A stretch of DNA of 64,000 nt from Macrostomum hystrix (lineage: Eukaryota; Animalia; Platyhelminthes), in assembly GCA_950097015.1 (NCBI GenBank), contig CATNEN010000039.1, positions 868,001-932,000 on the forward strand, in the 5' to 3' direction. Position 1 is the stretch's first letter. Every line of letters begins with the position of its first letter. Positions 23,901 through 35,287 of the stretch are shown here, one piece after another. A model generated the notes under the pieces. It saw only the letters and a list, made by a program, of their open reading frames with translations, was not told the origin of the DNA and searched no databases. The position numbers and the translations under genes are program-made.

Positions 23901-26900
23901 CAGTTCCAGTCCTCCATTGTTTGCTCAGTTCCAGTCCTTCATTGTTTGCTCAGTTCCAGTCCTCCATTGTTTGCTCAGTTCCAGTCCTTCATTGTTTGCT
24001 CAGTTCCAGTCCTCCATTGTTTGCTCAGTTCCAGTCCTCCATTGTTTGCTCAGTTCCAGTCCTTCATTGTTTGCTCAGTTCCAGTCCTTCATTGTTTGCT
24101 CAGTTCCAGTCCTCCATAGTTTGCTCAGTTCCAGTCCTCCATTGTTTGCTCAGTTCCAGTCCTCCATTGTTTGCTCAGTTCCAGTCCTCCATTGTTTGCT
24201 CAGTTCCAGTCCTTCATTGTTTGCTCAGTTCCAGTCCTTCATTGTTTGCTCAGTTCCAGTCCTTCATTGTTTGCTCAGTTCCAGTCCTCCATTGTTTGCT
24301 CAGTTCCAGTCCTCCATTGTTACTCAGTTCCAGTCCTCTATTGTTTGCTCAGTTCCAGTCCTCCATTGTTTGCTCAGTTCCAGTCCTCCATTGTTTGCTC
24401 AGTTCCAGTCCTTCATTGTTTGCTCAGTTCCAGTCCTTCATTGTTTGCTCAGTTCCAGTCCTCCATTGTTACTCAGTTCCAGTCCTCCATTGTTTGCTCA
24501 GTTCCAGTCCTTCATTGTTTGCTCAGTTCCAGTCCTTCATTGTTTGCTCAGTTCAGTCCTCCATTGTTTGCTCAGTTCCAGTCCTTCATTGTTTGCTCAG
24601 TTCCAGTCCTTCATTGTTACTCAGTTCCAGTCCTCCATTGTTACTCAGTTCCAGTCCTCCATTGTTTGCTCAGTTCCAGTCCTTCATTGTTTGCTCAGTT
24701 CCAGTCCTTCATTGTTTGCTCAGTTCCAGTCCTTCATTGTTACTCAGTTCCAGTCCTCCATTGTTTGCTCAGTTCCAGTCCTTCATTGTTTGCTCAGTTC
24801 CAGTCCTCCATTGTTTGCTCAGTTCCAGTCCTTCATTGTTTGCTCAGTTCCAGTCCTCCATTGTTTGCTCAGTTCCAGTCCTCCATTGTTTGCTCAGTTC
24901 CAGTCCTTCATTGTTTGCTCAGTTCCAGTCCTTCATTGTTTGCTCAGTTCCAGTCCTCCATTGTTTGCTCAGTTCCAGTCCTCCATTGTTTGCTCAGTTC
25001 CAGTCCTTCATTGTTTGCTCAGTTCCAGTCCTCCATTGTTACTCAGTTCCAGTCCTTCATTGGTTGCTCAGTTCCAGTCCTCCATTGTTACTCAGTTCCA
25101 GTCCTTCATTGTTACTCAGTTCCAGTCCTTCATTGGTTGCTCAGTTCCAGTCCTTCATTGTTACTCAGTTCCAGTCCTTCATTGTTTGCTCAGTTCCAGT
25201 CCTTCATTGTTTGCTCAGTTCCAGTCCTTCATTGTTTGCTCAGTTCCAGTCCTTCATTGTTTGCTCAGTTCCAGTCCTCCATAGTTTGCTCAGTTCCAGT
25301 CCTTCATTGTTTGCTCAGTTCCAGTCCTTCATTGTTTGCTCAGTTCCAGTCCTTCATTGTTTGCTCAGTTCCAGTCCTTCATTGTTTGCTCAGTTCCAGT
25401 CCTTCATTGTTTGCTCAGTTCCAGTCCTCCATTGTTACTCAGTTCCAGTCCTCCATTGTTACTCAGTTCCAGTCCTCCATTGTTTGCTCAGTTCCAGTCC
25501 TTCAATGTTTGCTCAGTTCCAGTCCTTCATTGTTTGCTCAGTTCCAGTCCTTCATTGTTTGCTCAGTTCCAGTCCTCCATTGTTACTCAGTTCCAGTCCT
25601 CCATTGTTTGCTCAGTTCCAGTCCTTCATTGTTTGCTCAGTTCCAATCCTTCATTGTTTGCTCAGTTCCAGTCCTTCATTGTTTGCTCAGTTCCAGTCCT
25701 TCATTGTTTGCTCAGTTCCAGTCCTTCATTGTTTGCTCAGTTCCAGTCCTTCATTGTTTGCTCAGTGCCAGTCCTCCATTGTTACTCAGTTCCAGTCCTC
25801 CATTGTTACTCAGTTCCAGTCCTCCATTGTTTGCTCAGTTCCAGTCCTTCATTGTTTGCTCAGTTCCAGTCCTCCATTGTTACTCAGTTCCAGTCCTCCA
25901 TTGTTACTCAGTTCCAGTCCTCCATTGTTACTCAGTTCCAGTCCTCCATTGTTACTCAGTTCCAGTCCTCCATTGTTACTCAGTTCCAGTCCTCCATTGT
26001 TACTCAGTTCCAGTCCTCCATTGTTACTCAGTTCCAGTCCTCCATTGTTACTCAGTTCCAGTCCTCCATTGTTACTCAGTTCCAGTCCTCCATTGTTACT
26101 CAGTTCCAGTCCTCCATTGTTACTCAGTTCCAGTCCTTCATTGTTTGCTCAGTTCCAGTCCTCCATTGTTTACTCAGTTCCAGTCCTCCATTGTTTGCTC
26201 AGTGCCAGTCCTCCATTGTTTGCTCAGTTCCAGTCCTCCATTGTTTGCTCAGTGCCAGTCCTCCATTGTTTGCTCAGTTCCAGTCCTCCATTGTTTGCTC
26301 AGTTCCAGTCCTCCATTGTTTGCTCAGTGCCAGTCCTCCATAGTTTGCTCAGTTCCAGTCCTCCATAGTTTGCTCAGTGCCAGTCCTCCATAGTTTGCTC
26401 AGTGCCAGTCCTCCATTGTTTGCTCAGTTCCAGTCCCCCATTGTTACTCAGTGCCAGTCCTCCATTGTTTGCTCAGTGCCAGTCCTTCAGGCCTTACCAG
26501 TTGCCACTGTCCCCACCTGGCCAATCTGCAGATTTCTGGCGAGTCCGCCGTCCCTCTGAGCCACTTCGTTTCGGACTCCAAGTTCTCTCCCGAGGACTGC
26601 CTGAAGTTTTCCGGCCTAAAGCCGTCGGACTCGCTTCCTGCCTGCCAGTTCGTCTCCATCGACTGGCCAGTCTGCTGCCTGAAGGCGCGCAGCCTGCTGC
26701 CAGTTGACGACTTTCTGTTAAAAAGTGGCCCCGACGAGGTTGAGAAAGCGTCCTCGAAGACCCTGCAGCTCTCGGGTCGCAAGCGACATAGACTAAATTC
26801 GGACAGTGACGCGGATGCTGCTGTGGTTGCTAAGCAACCACGTAGCTCTCCAACGCCAGTTGACGCAGCCGAGACCAAAGCTCCGTCATCGTCAAGTTCA

Positions 26901-28855
26901 TTAAGCAGTTTGCCGCCGCGCGTTGGCGCCTGGATCTGCGCCACCTCCTCGCTGGCCGGAGCTTCGTCGGACGCGGCCTGTCCGGCCAACGCTGAAATAG
27001 TTCGCCTGCTCGGCCGCATGGCTGACACCTACGGCTCCACTAATGACAGGTGGCGTGTTTACAGCTACAGGAAGGCGGCCCAGGCTGTGCGAATGCATCC
27101 GCTGCCTATCGACTCCAAGTAATTATTTGCGCATTTTCGTGAGGGCTTTGCAAGGCTGGGTTCGAATCCGGAAGCTCTACTGCAATTCTGCCCGCAGAGC
27201 CAGCGCCCAGTCCCTTCCAGGTGTTGGCAGCCGGCTGGCTGATAAAATCTGGGAGATTGCTCAGAGCGGCCGGCTAGAGAAGCTCGATTGTCTCTCTTCT
27301 GACGAGACCATCGCTGCACTAAAGCTCTTCACCGGCTTGTGGGGCGCCGGGCCCGTCACGGCACAGGCCTGGGTGGCCCAGGGCCTCCGCAGCCTGGCGG
27401 ATCTGGAGGCCCGGCCGGAGCTGCTGAACAGGCAGCAGCGCATCGGGCTGAAGCACTACGACGACTTTCTCGATCGAATGCCGCGCGCTGAAGCCGCCGA
27501 AATTGAGGCCGCGGTGGTCGAAGCTGTCGGGCAGCTCGGGGACGGCTTCCTTGTGCAGGCCTGCGGCTCTTACAGGTGACTGCGATGCACTTCCCTCATA
27601 GAATGTGTGTGGGATATGGGATATAGTCATCGCCTATAAAATCACTTCCTGCAACTGCAAGATTAAACGTAGTTACCTGATCATTTGAGCGGTTTTCAGT
27701 TTTTTGGTTTCCCTGTTGGTTTCCAACAGACTTTCTCTTATGACTTATGGTATCAAACTACGAGTATTTTCTACTATGGCATCCTTTAGGCCTCTCACCT
27801 GGTATCCTTCAGGCCCCTCATCTAGTATCCTTCAGTCCTCTCACTTGGTATCCTTCAGGCTCCTCATCTAATATCCTTCAGTCCTCTCACCTGGTATCCT
27901 TCAGGCCCCTCATCTAGTATTCTTCAGGCCTCTCAACTGGTATCCTTCAGGCCCTCATCTAATATCCTTCAGTCCTCTCACCTGGTATCCTTCAGGCTCC
28001 TCATCTAGTATTCTTCAGGCCTCTCAACTGGCATCCTTCAGGCCCCTCATCTAGTATCCTTCTGGCCTCTCAACTGGCATCCTTCAGGCCCTCATCTAGT
28101 ATCCTTCAGGCCTCTCAACTGGCATCCTTCAGGCCCCTCATCTAGTATCCTTCAGGCCTCTCAACTGGCATCCTTCAGGCCCTCATCTAGTATCCTTCAG
28201 GCCTCTCAACTGGCATCCTTCAGGCCCCTCATCTAGTATCCTTCAGGCCTCTCAACTGGCATCCTTCAGGCCCCTCATCTAGTATCCTTCAGGCCTCTCA
28301 CCTGGTATCTACAGGCTGTCGCTGGCGTCATTATCTTATCACCAACGGATCTCGGACCTCCCCTCGCATTCCAGGCGCGGCCGTCCCGACTGCGGCGACG
28401 TCGACGTGCTGGTGACGCACCCGGACGGCCGGTCGCACGCGGGCCTCCTGACTCGCCTAGTGGCGTCGCTAGAGAGGCGTGGCTTCCTGACGGACCACCT
28501 GGTGTCCTGCGAGGAGAACGGCGCCCACAAGAAGTACCTCGGCGTTTGCCGCCTTCCCCCTGCCCAGGACGGTGTCGCACGACGTGCCCGACGGCTTGAC
28601 ATAATCGTAGTGCCGTACAGCGAGCACGCCTGTGCCCTAGTGTACTTCACCGGCTCCGAGCACTTCTGCCGCAGCCTGCGCCACCTGGCCAAGCGGCTGG
28701 GCATGTCGCTCAACGAGCACGCCCTGTACGAGGGTGTGATCCGGCGCGGCGCTGTCAAGCTGAACCCGGGCAGGCCAGCTCACACACCGGATGAGGCCAG
28801 CGTCTTTCAGCGGCTTGGCGTACCCTACCGGCCTCCAAATGAGAGAGATCACTAG
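20989..28855 (+). CDS. POLL: DNA polymerase lambda (X family); exons 20989-21114, 26532-27118, 27198-27575, 28375-28855
   Basis: BRCT domain split over exons 1-2. Motifs [43 protein letters not shown] and YFTGS. All introns are GT-AG and phase-compatible. Confidence 0.95.
21160..26490 (+). repeat. 25-bp minisatellite (CAGTTCCAGTCCTTCATTGTTTGCT)n, ~210 copies, filling POLL intron 1
   Basis: Direct periodicity, with 24-bp variants toward the 3' end. Confidence 0.99.
27778..28310 (+). repeat. ~22-23-bp alternating minisatellite in POLL intron 3
   Basis: Repeated ATCCTTCAGGCC-TCTCAACTGG / -CCTCATCTAG. Confidence 0.95.
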
Positions 28856-29293
28856 CTGGGGCCCTTGAAGAATAACTGGATCGCATTACTGTGTGATCAT
28901 TTTATGCCCCCTTTGCTGGCCACTATAATTGTAGTATCATGCTTAATTGTATATGTACTTTTATCACTATTTGTACACCATTTTCTTCGTGATTTTTATA
29001 TTTTTTATTAGTAATTTGTCTTCTGTGATACTGTAAACAGTAGAAGATGTGATTCGCATGCCCCTGCACCTGTAAATTAGTGCCCCTCGTGTTGCTACTA
29101 GTGTTTTTACTATCTTGCATCTCTATTTTTACTTTTAATGGTCCTTTATGCTGTACTTGAATATTGCGGCACTTTGCTAAAACATTTATTTAGAATAAAG
29201 CGACAGTGTTCAGAGCATAATTTTCCTGAGTATGCCACTATAGCTGAATTGCGATTCCATTTCGATCCAGGTTTCAGATACTTATGAACATTG

Positions 29294-29716
29294 GGCATCT
29301 GAGCTGAGTAGGCTGCCTAGCTTTAGAACAATAGGCATCTGAGCTGAGTAGGCTGCCTAGCTTTAGAACAATAGGCATCTGAGCCGAGTAGGCTGCCTAG
29401 CTTTAGAACAATAGGCATCTGAGCCGAGTAGGCTGCCTAGCTTTAGAACAATAGGCATCTGAGCTGAGTAGGCTGCCTAGCTTTAGAACAATAGGCATCT
29501 GAGCCGAGTAGGCTGCCTAGCTTTAGAACAATAGGCATCTGAGCCGAGTAGGCTGCCTAGCTTTAGAACAATAGGCATCTGAGCCGAGTAGGCTGCCTAG
29601 CTTTAGAACAATAGGCATCTGAGCCGAGTAGGCTGCCTAGCTTTAGAACAATAGGCATCTGAGCTGAGTAGGCTGCCTGGCTTTAGAACAATAGGCATCT
29701 GAGCTGAGTAGGCTGC
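29294..29716 (+). repeat. 40-bp minisatellite (~10 copies) in the POLL-SLX9 spacer
   Basis: GGCATCTGAGCYGAGTAGGCTGCCTAGCTTTAGAACAATA repeats. Confidence 0.97.
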
Positions 29717-29765
29717 ATTGATGCATAGAACGGCCGACCTGCCGCATTGGTCATTTGCTTTGCAG

Positions 29766-30632
29766 GGCCGGTTGAAATTGCGCCAGCGAGCCGGACGCGC
29801 TCTTCAGGCCGCCGCTGCAGCAGCTACTGACACCGCTGATGCCGCCCCGGCTCCGGCTTCGCTGAAAATTGCCTGTGCCGCTTCCGGTAGCGGCGTCGTT
29901 AAGCGGAAAGCGCTGGCGCCCCAGCTCAAACTGAGCGGCAGCGCCCGCCAAGCCATCAGGCGTCAGGCAGCCGACATTCTTAACCGGCGCCGAGCGACGC
30001 TCGCCGGGCAGCAGCGGCCTCCGACGGAGCCATCCGCGCCTGATGACGGCGCGTCCTTGATCGCTGATGCGAAGCCGAGCATCGGCGCCACGGGTGGCAT
30101 ACAGCGCGCCCTGAGCGTTGTTGCCCCTTCGGCATCCGGGCGGAGCCGGACTCTGCGCTCCGACCTGACGGCTGAGGCGCTGCAGGCAGCTCTGGACGCC
30201 GTCGACTCCCAGTCCGTGATCAGCGGCAAAACCATCAGGTCTCTCGGGCTGCGGCTCAACAAAGAGCAGCGCCGACGGCTCAAGGCGCAGCTGCTGCGGC
30301 AGCGCTTTGAAACGACAATCAGCGGCAGCGTGTCAGTCGTGGACTCGCTGCCTCAGATGGACGTCCTGGAGAGGCTGGGAGCTCAATCCGCTGAGGCGTT
30401 CAGCACTGCGGCCCGACGCAAACAGAAGAAGCGGCTGCTCAGCAAGGTGGGCGGCAAGTCCGGCCAGCAGCTGAAACAGCAGCGGAAGCGGCAGGCTGCT
30501 GCAGCGGCCGAGGCGCAGCGATTGGAGGGCATGCGAGCCGGCGCCAGAGGCCTTCTGTTCGCGCCGGCTGCGCCAATCGGCGGAGAGTCGGAGGCTGGCG
30601 AGCGCCTGAAGCGAGTTGCCGGACTGCTGTAG
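29766..30632 (+). CDS. SLX9/FAM207A-like ribosome biogenesis protein
   Basis: Basic protein with N-terminal GRLKLRQR and blocks DSQSVISGKTIRS, LNKEQRRRLK and VDSLP resembling FAM207A. Acceptor TTTGCTTTGCAG ends at 29765; AATAAA at 30689. Confidence 0.65.
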   Translation, partial: GRLKLRQRAGRALQAAAAAATDTADAAPAPASLKIACAASGSGVVKRKALAPQLKLSGSARQAIRRQAADILNRRRATLAGQQRPPTEPSAPDDGASLIADAKPSIGATGGIQRALSVVAPSASGRSRTLRSDLTAEALQAALDAVDSQSVISGKTIRSLGLRLNKEQRRRLKAQLLRQRFETTISGSVSVVDSLPQMDVLERLGAQSAEAFSTAARRKQKKRLLSKVGGKSGQQLKQQRKRQAAAAAEAQRLEGMRAGARGLLFAPAAPIGGESEAGERLKRVAGLL

Positions 30633-30843
30633 GCCCGCCCTGATTGGCGTGTTGCGTCGCTTCTTCCTTTGCTATTGTTTGTTACTTCAATAAAGTCGAG
30701 CATTTCTCAAATTTCATGAACCAATTGAATCGAGTTTTCTTAATTTCAATGCTGTGTTCATAGCTCGGAATACCAATGCATGAGTTTGAGACCGCGCTGG
30801 CATTCAAAATAGTCTCAATGTTTCTCCCCTTGCAGCGGCAGCC

Positions 30844-31911
30844 ATGGTGGTGTTCACCTGCGAGGCATGCAATGAATCGCTAAAGAAAAATAAAGTCGAA
30901 GCCCACCTGTTCCGATGCCGACGTGCCCGTCACGTGACCTGCATCGACTGCCAGGTGGACTTCGATCACGAGTCCTTCAAGGCGCACACGTCCTGCATCT
31001 CCGAGATGGAGAAATACTCGGGACCCGGCTACGTCGCCAAGTCGTCTGCCAACAAAGGCGCGCGCAAGCAGGATGACTGGTTCCAGCGGGTGCAGGCCGC
31101 CATCGACAGCTGCGCCCGGCAGCGGGACAGCCAGCTCAGCAAGGTGCTGCTCAAGGTCCGCGAGTCCGCCAATGTGCCCAGGAAGCAGGCAAAGTTCATC
31201 AACTTCTGCAAGAACAGCATGAAATGGGCGACCCAGGCTGTCATTGAGCGGGCCTGGGCCCTGCTGGCCGAGACCGCCAGCTCCAAGCAGCCGAAGGAGG
31301 ACGCCAAGCAGGGGCCCGCGGAGCCGCCAGCAGCTGGGTCAGATGAAGTGCCTGAACACCACGAGGCAGGCGAGATTGAGAAGAAGCGCAGCGAGCAAAC
31401 GGTCGAGGAGGCGTCGGCCGCTGCGGATCGGTCCGAGAAAAAGAAGAAAAAGAAAAAGAAAAAGAGCAAGCACCTGGATGCTGAGCCGGAGCAGGCGGAG
31501 CTCTCTCCGACTGCTCAAGAGGCCTCGGAGTTGGTGGCTGAGGAGCCAGAGCTAAAGAATAAAAAGAAAAAATCCAAGGCGGATGCAGAGGAGGCCGCCG
31601 GCGGGGCTTCCGAGCCACCGCTTCTCCACACGTCCACAGAGAAGAAGAAGAAGAAGAAGAAGAAGAAGAAAGAGAACGACATCTCCCGGCTGCCAATCGA
31701 AGAAGCGGAGTATGTCGATACGGCTGAGCACGGCGAGGCCATTACCAACGGCGAATCGCCTTCTGAGAAAAAGAAGAAAAGAAAGCTAAGCGAGAATGGC
31801 GTCGAGCCGGAGGAGTCAGCCGAAGGGTTTCCGCAGAGAAAGAAGAAGAAGAAGAGACAATCGGCAGCGAATGAGCTGCAGGAGGCCGTGGGCTCCGTTG
31901 CTTTGTCCTGA
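30844..31911 (+). CDS. LYAR: Cell growth-regulating nucleolar protein LYAR
   Basis: MVVFTCEACNESLKK..H..C..CIDC..F..HTSCISE.EKY C2HC fingers and Lys-rich tail. Acceptor at 30835; AATAAA at 31971. Confidence 0.95.
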   Translation: MVVFTCEACNESLKKNKVEAHLFRCRRARHVTCIDCQVDFDHESFKAHTSCISEMEKYSGPGYVAKSSANKGARKQDDWFQRVQAAIDSCARQRDSQLSKVLLKVRESANVPRKQAKFINFCKNSMKWATQAVIERAWALLAETASSKQPKEDAKQGPAEPPAAGSDEVPEHHEAGEIEKKRSEQTVEEASAAADRSEKKKKKKKKKSKHLDAEPEQAELSPTAQEASELVAEEPELKNKKKKSKADAEEAAGGASEPPLLHTSTEKKKKKKKKKKENDISRLPIEEAEYVDTAEHGEAITNGESPSEKKKKRKLSENGVEPEESAEGFPQRKKKKKRQSAANELQEAVGSVALS

Positions 31912-32169
31912 GCCAGCCTCGCCCGGGCCTTGCGAATCGGCCCACGAGTCCGAGTTCTGTATCCAATAGAAATAAATACGCATGGAAAGCATTACTGCGG
32001 CAGCATTTACTCACTTTTTGTGCAGGATTTTTGGAGTACACTCGTTTCTTTGCTCGATGCTCATTTGAATATTGTATGGATTTATATTTTTTAGATCGAT
32101 TAGTTGACAATCACATATATTATTTGTGATATTAGCGAAGCACCAGCTGCGCATAGCAAAATTAACCGC

Positions 32170-32764
32170 TGCCCTTCCCTCCCTGATCTTCAGTCCTCCC
32201 TGATATTCAGTGCCCCACAGCCCTACCCTCCCTGATCTTCAGTGCCCCACAGCCCTTCCCTCCCTGATCCTTCAGTGCCCCACAGCCCTTCCCTCCCTGA
32301 TCTTCAGTGCCCCACAGCCCTTCCCTCCCTGATCTTCAGTGCCCCACAGCCCTACCCTCCCTGATCTTCAGTGCCCCACAGCCCTTCCCTCCCTGATCCT
32401 TCAGTGCCCCACAGCCCTTCCCTCCCTGATCTTCAGTGCCCCACAGCCCTTCCCTCCCTGATCTTCAGTGCCCCACAGCCCTTCCCTCCCTGATCTTCAG
32501 TGCCCCACAGCCCTACCCTCCCTGATCTTCAGTGCCCCACAGCCCTTCCCTCCCTGATCCTTCAGTGCCCCACAGCCCTTCCCTCCCTGATCCTTCAGTG
32601 CCCCACAGCCCTTCCCTCCCTGATCTTCAGTGCCCCACAGCCCTTCCCTCCCTGATCCTTCAGTGCCCCACAGCCCTTCCCTCCCTGATCCTTCAGTGCC
32701 CCACAGCCCTTCCCTCCCTGATCCTTCAGTGCCCCACAGCCCTTCCCTCCCAGATCCTTCAGTG
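32170..32764 (+). repeat. 32/33-bp pyrimidine-rich minisatellite in spacer
   Basis: CAGTGCCCCACAGCCCTTCCCTCCCTGATC(C)TT repeats. Confidence 0.97.
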
Positions 32765-32877
32765 CGAGAAGATTTCCTGCAATTCTCGATCCAAGGGCCC
32801 TCCCTTTTGTCCACCTTGTCCATCTGCTACCAGATGCATTTGCCCTGACCTGCACCGCCCATTGACCATGGTTCCAG

Positions 32878-33477
32878 CAGCAGCAGCTGGAGCAGCAGGA
32901 CAGGCAGCTGGTGCCGCAGCTTCGAGCTCGCATCGCCGCACTCGAGGCTGAGCTGAAGTCGGCCAAGCAGCGCTTGGATGAGCTGAGACGAGCCAAATCC
33001 ACCGTGCTGGTGAAGCGAGAGCGGGAGATTCTTCAAGTTGGCGCGCCGTTTTCTGGCAGCGGTGGTGTTTCGACGTCCTCAACAACTGTTGCCAAGGCGA
33101 CATCAACAAAAGCGTCGCCAGTTGCGTCAGTGTCGAACATTGTGACAAGTAGCAGCGGCAGCGATAGCAGCCGTGACGATATAATAGCCGCCCTGCAGGC
33201 GCAGGTTATCCGCCTTGAAGACGAGAACTCGGCGCTGCTTAGCAACCAGGCTTACCTGGAGACACTGCATAGCGAGCTGCTCACCCAGCTGTCGGTGAAG
33301 GAGGCGCAGCTCGTTGAAGCGCAGGAGCACTTTCAGCGCCGGGCTGAGGAAGCCTTCAGTGAGAAATACGCCGAGTGGATGCAGGGAGTCGAGGCCAAGC
33401 TGGCCGAGCTGCGGCACGACAATGCCGTGCTGCGGGCCCGGCTTGCCGCGGGGCCGTCTGGCGACTCAGTGCAATGA
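32878..33477 (+). CDS. Uncharacterised coiled-coil protein (~200 aa)
   Basis: GC-rich heptad-like ORF starting in phase after acceptor TTCCAG (32877). In-frame TGA just upstream at 32863 and no N-terminal ATG. Confidence 0.75.
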   Translation, partial: QQQLEQQDRQLVPQLRARIAALEAELKSAKQRLDELRRAKSTVLVKREREILQVGAPFSGSGGVSTSSTTVAKATSTKASPVASVSNIVTSSSGSDSSRDDIIAALQAQVIRLEDENSALLSNQAYLETLHSELLTQLSVKEAQLVEAQEHFQRRAEEAFSEKYAEWMQGVEAKLAELRHDNAVLRARLAAGPSGDSVQ

Positions 33478-33973
33478 TGGCCTCCGAATTGTCTTGCTGA
33501 GCGAGTTCGCAATGCAGCGAGCTTAGCCTTCGGTCATCATTTCACTGCATGTGAATTTAATTTAATGTAATGTAATGGATGTTAAGCTGTGTTGATTTTG
33601 AAAGCCTTAAACATTCCCCATTCAGACTCAAATATTTTATGATTGACTCGCCTTCTGTGCTCACTGCTAGCAATCTCGCGCGCTGTGATATTTTGGATGT
33701 GTATGATTCTTTTTAATGTTTTGCATCGATTATTTTCTAAGCTGAGATTAGAATGGACTCATTCGTGCCTCTATTCGAATTTATTTGATGTATTTCAAGT
33801 GCCTTTTTATAGCGGTCTTTTTTTACGACTTGAAGAATTTTGTTTTCTCCAATCACCGTCGCCTTCGTCTTGCTGCTTTTTTCTGCGCGCTTCGCTTTTG
33901 CTAGTTAGAGGGCCTGTCCATCTAATCGTGTGCTGCAGCTAAACCAGCTGCGCCGATAGAGGTGGGAGAAATT

Positions 33974-34268
33974 GAGGCGAGTGTGCGTTCCTTTTCCTAA
34001 CAGCATCCCTTTGATCATTAGCTTGCCCCCTCATCCGCAGCGGCATTCAGTCTGGGGGGATGGGAACTTACTTAATTGCAGGGGGGGCCTGGGGCACTTG
34101 ACGCACAAGCGCAGGAACGGCATGCCCCCAGGCCGGCGAACTAGGCGGGAGTCGCCCATCGCGCCATCTAGATGGGAAGATGGGAAGGCCTTTGATTACG
34201 CTTGTAGGCGAAGAGGGCAGGTAGGTAGGTTCTGGCGGCTTGAACATACTCACAGAGGGCCTCGCCTC
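33974..34268 (+). ncRNA. Candidate structured RNA of unknown class
   Basis: Nested complementary helices in a GC-rich non-coding island (see findings). Confidence 0.4.
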
Positions 34269-34340
34269 TTCTGCTGCTGCCTTATGTAATTGCTGGGCAA
34301 GAGTTTATCTTTGGCTTTAGAGCTGCTTAAACAAACAGGC

Positions 34341-35116
34341 TCGAATACTTGCTATCTATTCTTATCTAGTCACTGTGGCTTCAGAATATACGGCCCTCAG
34401 TAGTTACTACTTGTCAATAAGTAGTATCGAATACTTGCTATCTATTCTTATCTAGTTACCGTGGCTTCAGAATATACGGCCCTCAGTAGTTACTACTTGT
34501 CAATAAGTAGTATCGAATACTTGCTATCTATTCTTATCTAGTCACTGTGGCTTCAGAATATACGGCCCTCAGTAGTTACTACTTGTCAATAAGTAGTATC
34601 GAATACTTGCTATCTATTCTTATCTAGTCACCGTGGCTTCAGAATACACGGCCCTCAGTAGTTACTACTTGTCAATAAGTAGTATCGAATACTTGCTATC
34701 TATTCTTATCTAGTCACCGTGGCTTCAGAATACACGGCCCTCAGTAGTTACTACTTGTCAATAAGTAGTATCGAATACTTGCTATCTATTCTTATCTAGT
34801 CACCGTGGCTTCAGAATACACGGCCCTCAGTAGTTACTACTTGTCAATAAGTAGTATCGAATACTTGCTATCTATTCTTATCTAGTCACCGTGGCTTCAG
34901 AATATACGGCCCTCAGTAGTTACTACTTGTCAATAAGTAGTATCGAATACTTGCTATCTATTCTTATCTAGTCACCGTGGCTTCAGAATACACGGCCCTC
35001 AGTAGTTACTACTTGTCAATAAGTAGTATCGAATACTTGCTATCTATTCTTATCTAGTCACCGTGGCTTCAGAATATACGGCCCTCAGTAGTTACTACTT
35101 GTCAATAAGTAGTATC
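34341..35116 (+). repeat. 86-bp tandem repeat, 9 copies, each with hairpin TACTACTT-N6-AAGTAGTA
   Basis: Period 86 (units at 34341, 34427, ...). Confidence 0.97.
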
Positions 35117-35287
35117 GCATGCTTGCTGGCTGCAGGTCGCTAGCTTCTGCCCTAAAATATTCCTTTTTAGGATTACCCTACCGCGGGTGGTTTCCTGGAA
35201 TTCGATCGTATATGCAGTTTCCTGGAATTTTCTTCCCCTTGTTCAACCTCAACTGTGATCGCACCTCCCCACAGCTGCCGCTGTCCC

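Noticed and set aside
21128-26393. Very long ORFs (up to 1129 aa) in all three + frames
   Set aside because: Translations of a stop-free 25-bp minisatellite inside POLL intron 1.
33974-34268. Assignment as RNase P/MRP, SRP, U3 or telomerase RNA
   Set aside because: No recognisable CR-I/CR-V P4 motifs, SRP helix-8 motif or U3 boxes. CCTAAC covers only one telomeric unit, too short for a template.
34341-35116. CRISPR-like array (palindromic repeats at regular spacing)
   Set aside because: The intervening sequences are near-identical rather than unique spacers, there are no cas genes, and the context is eukaryotic.
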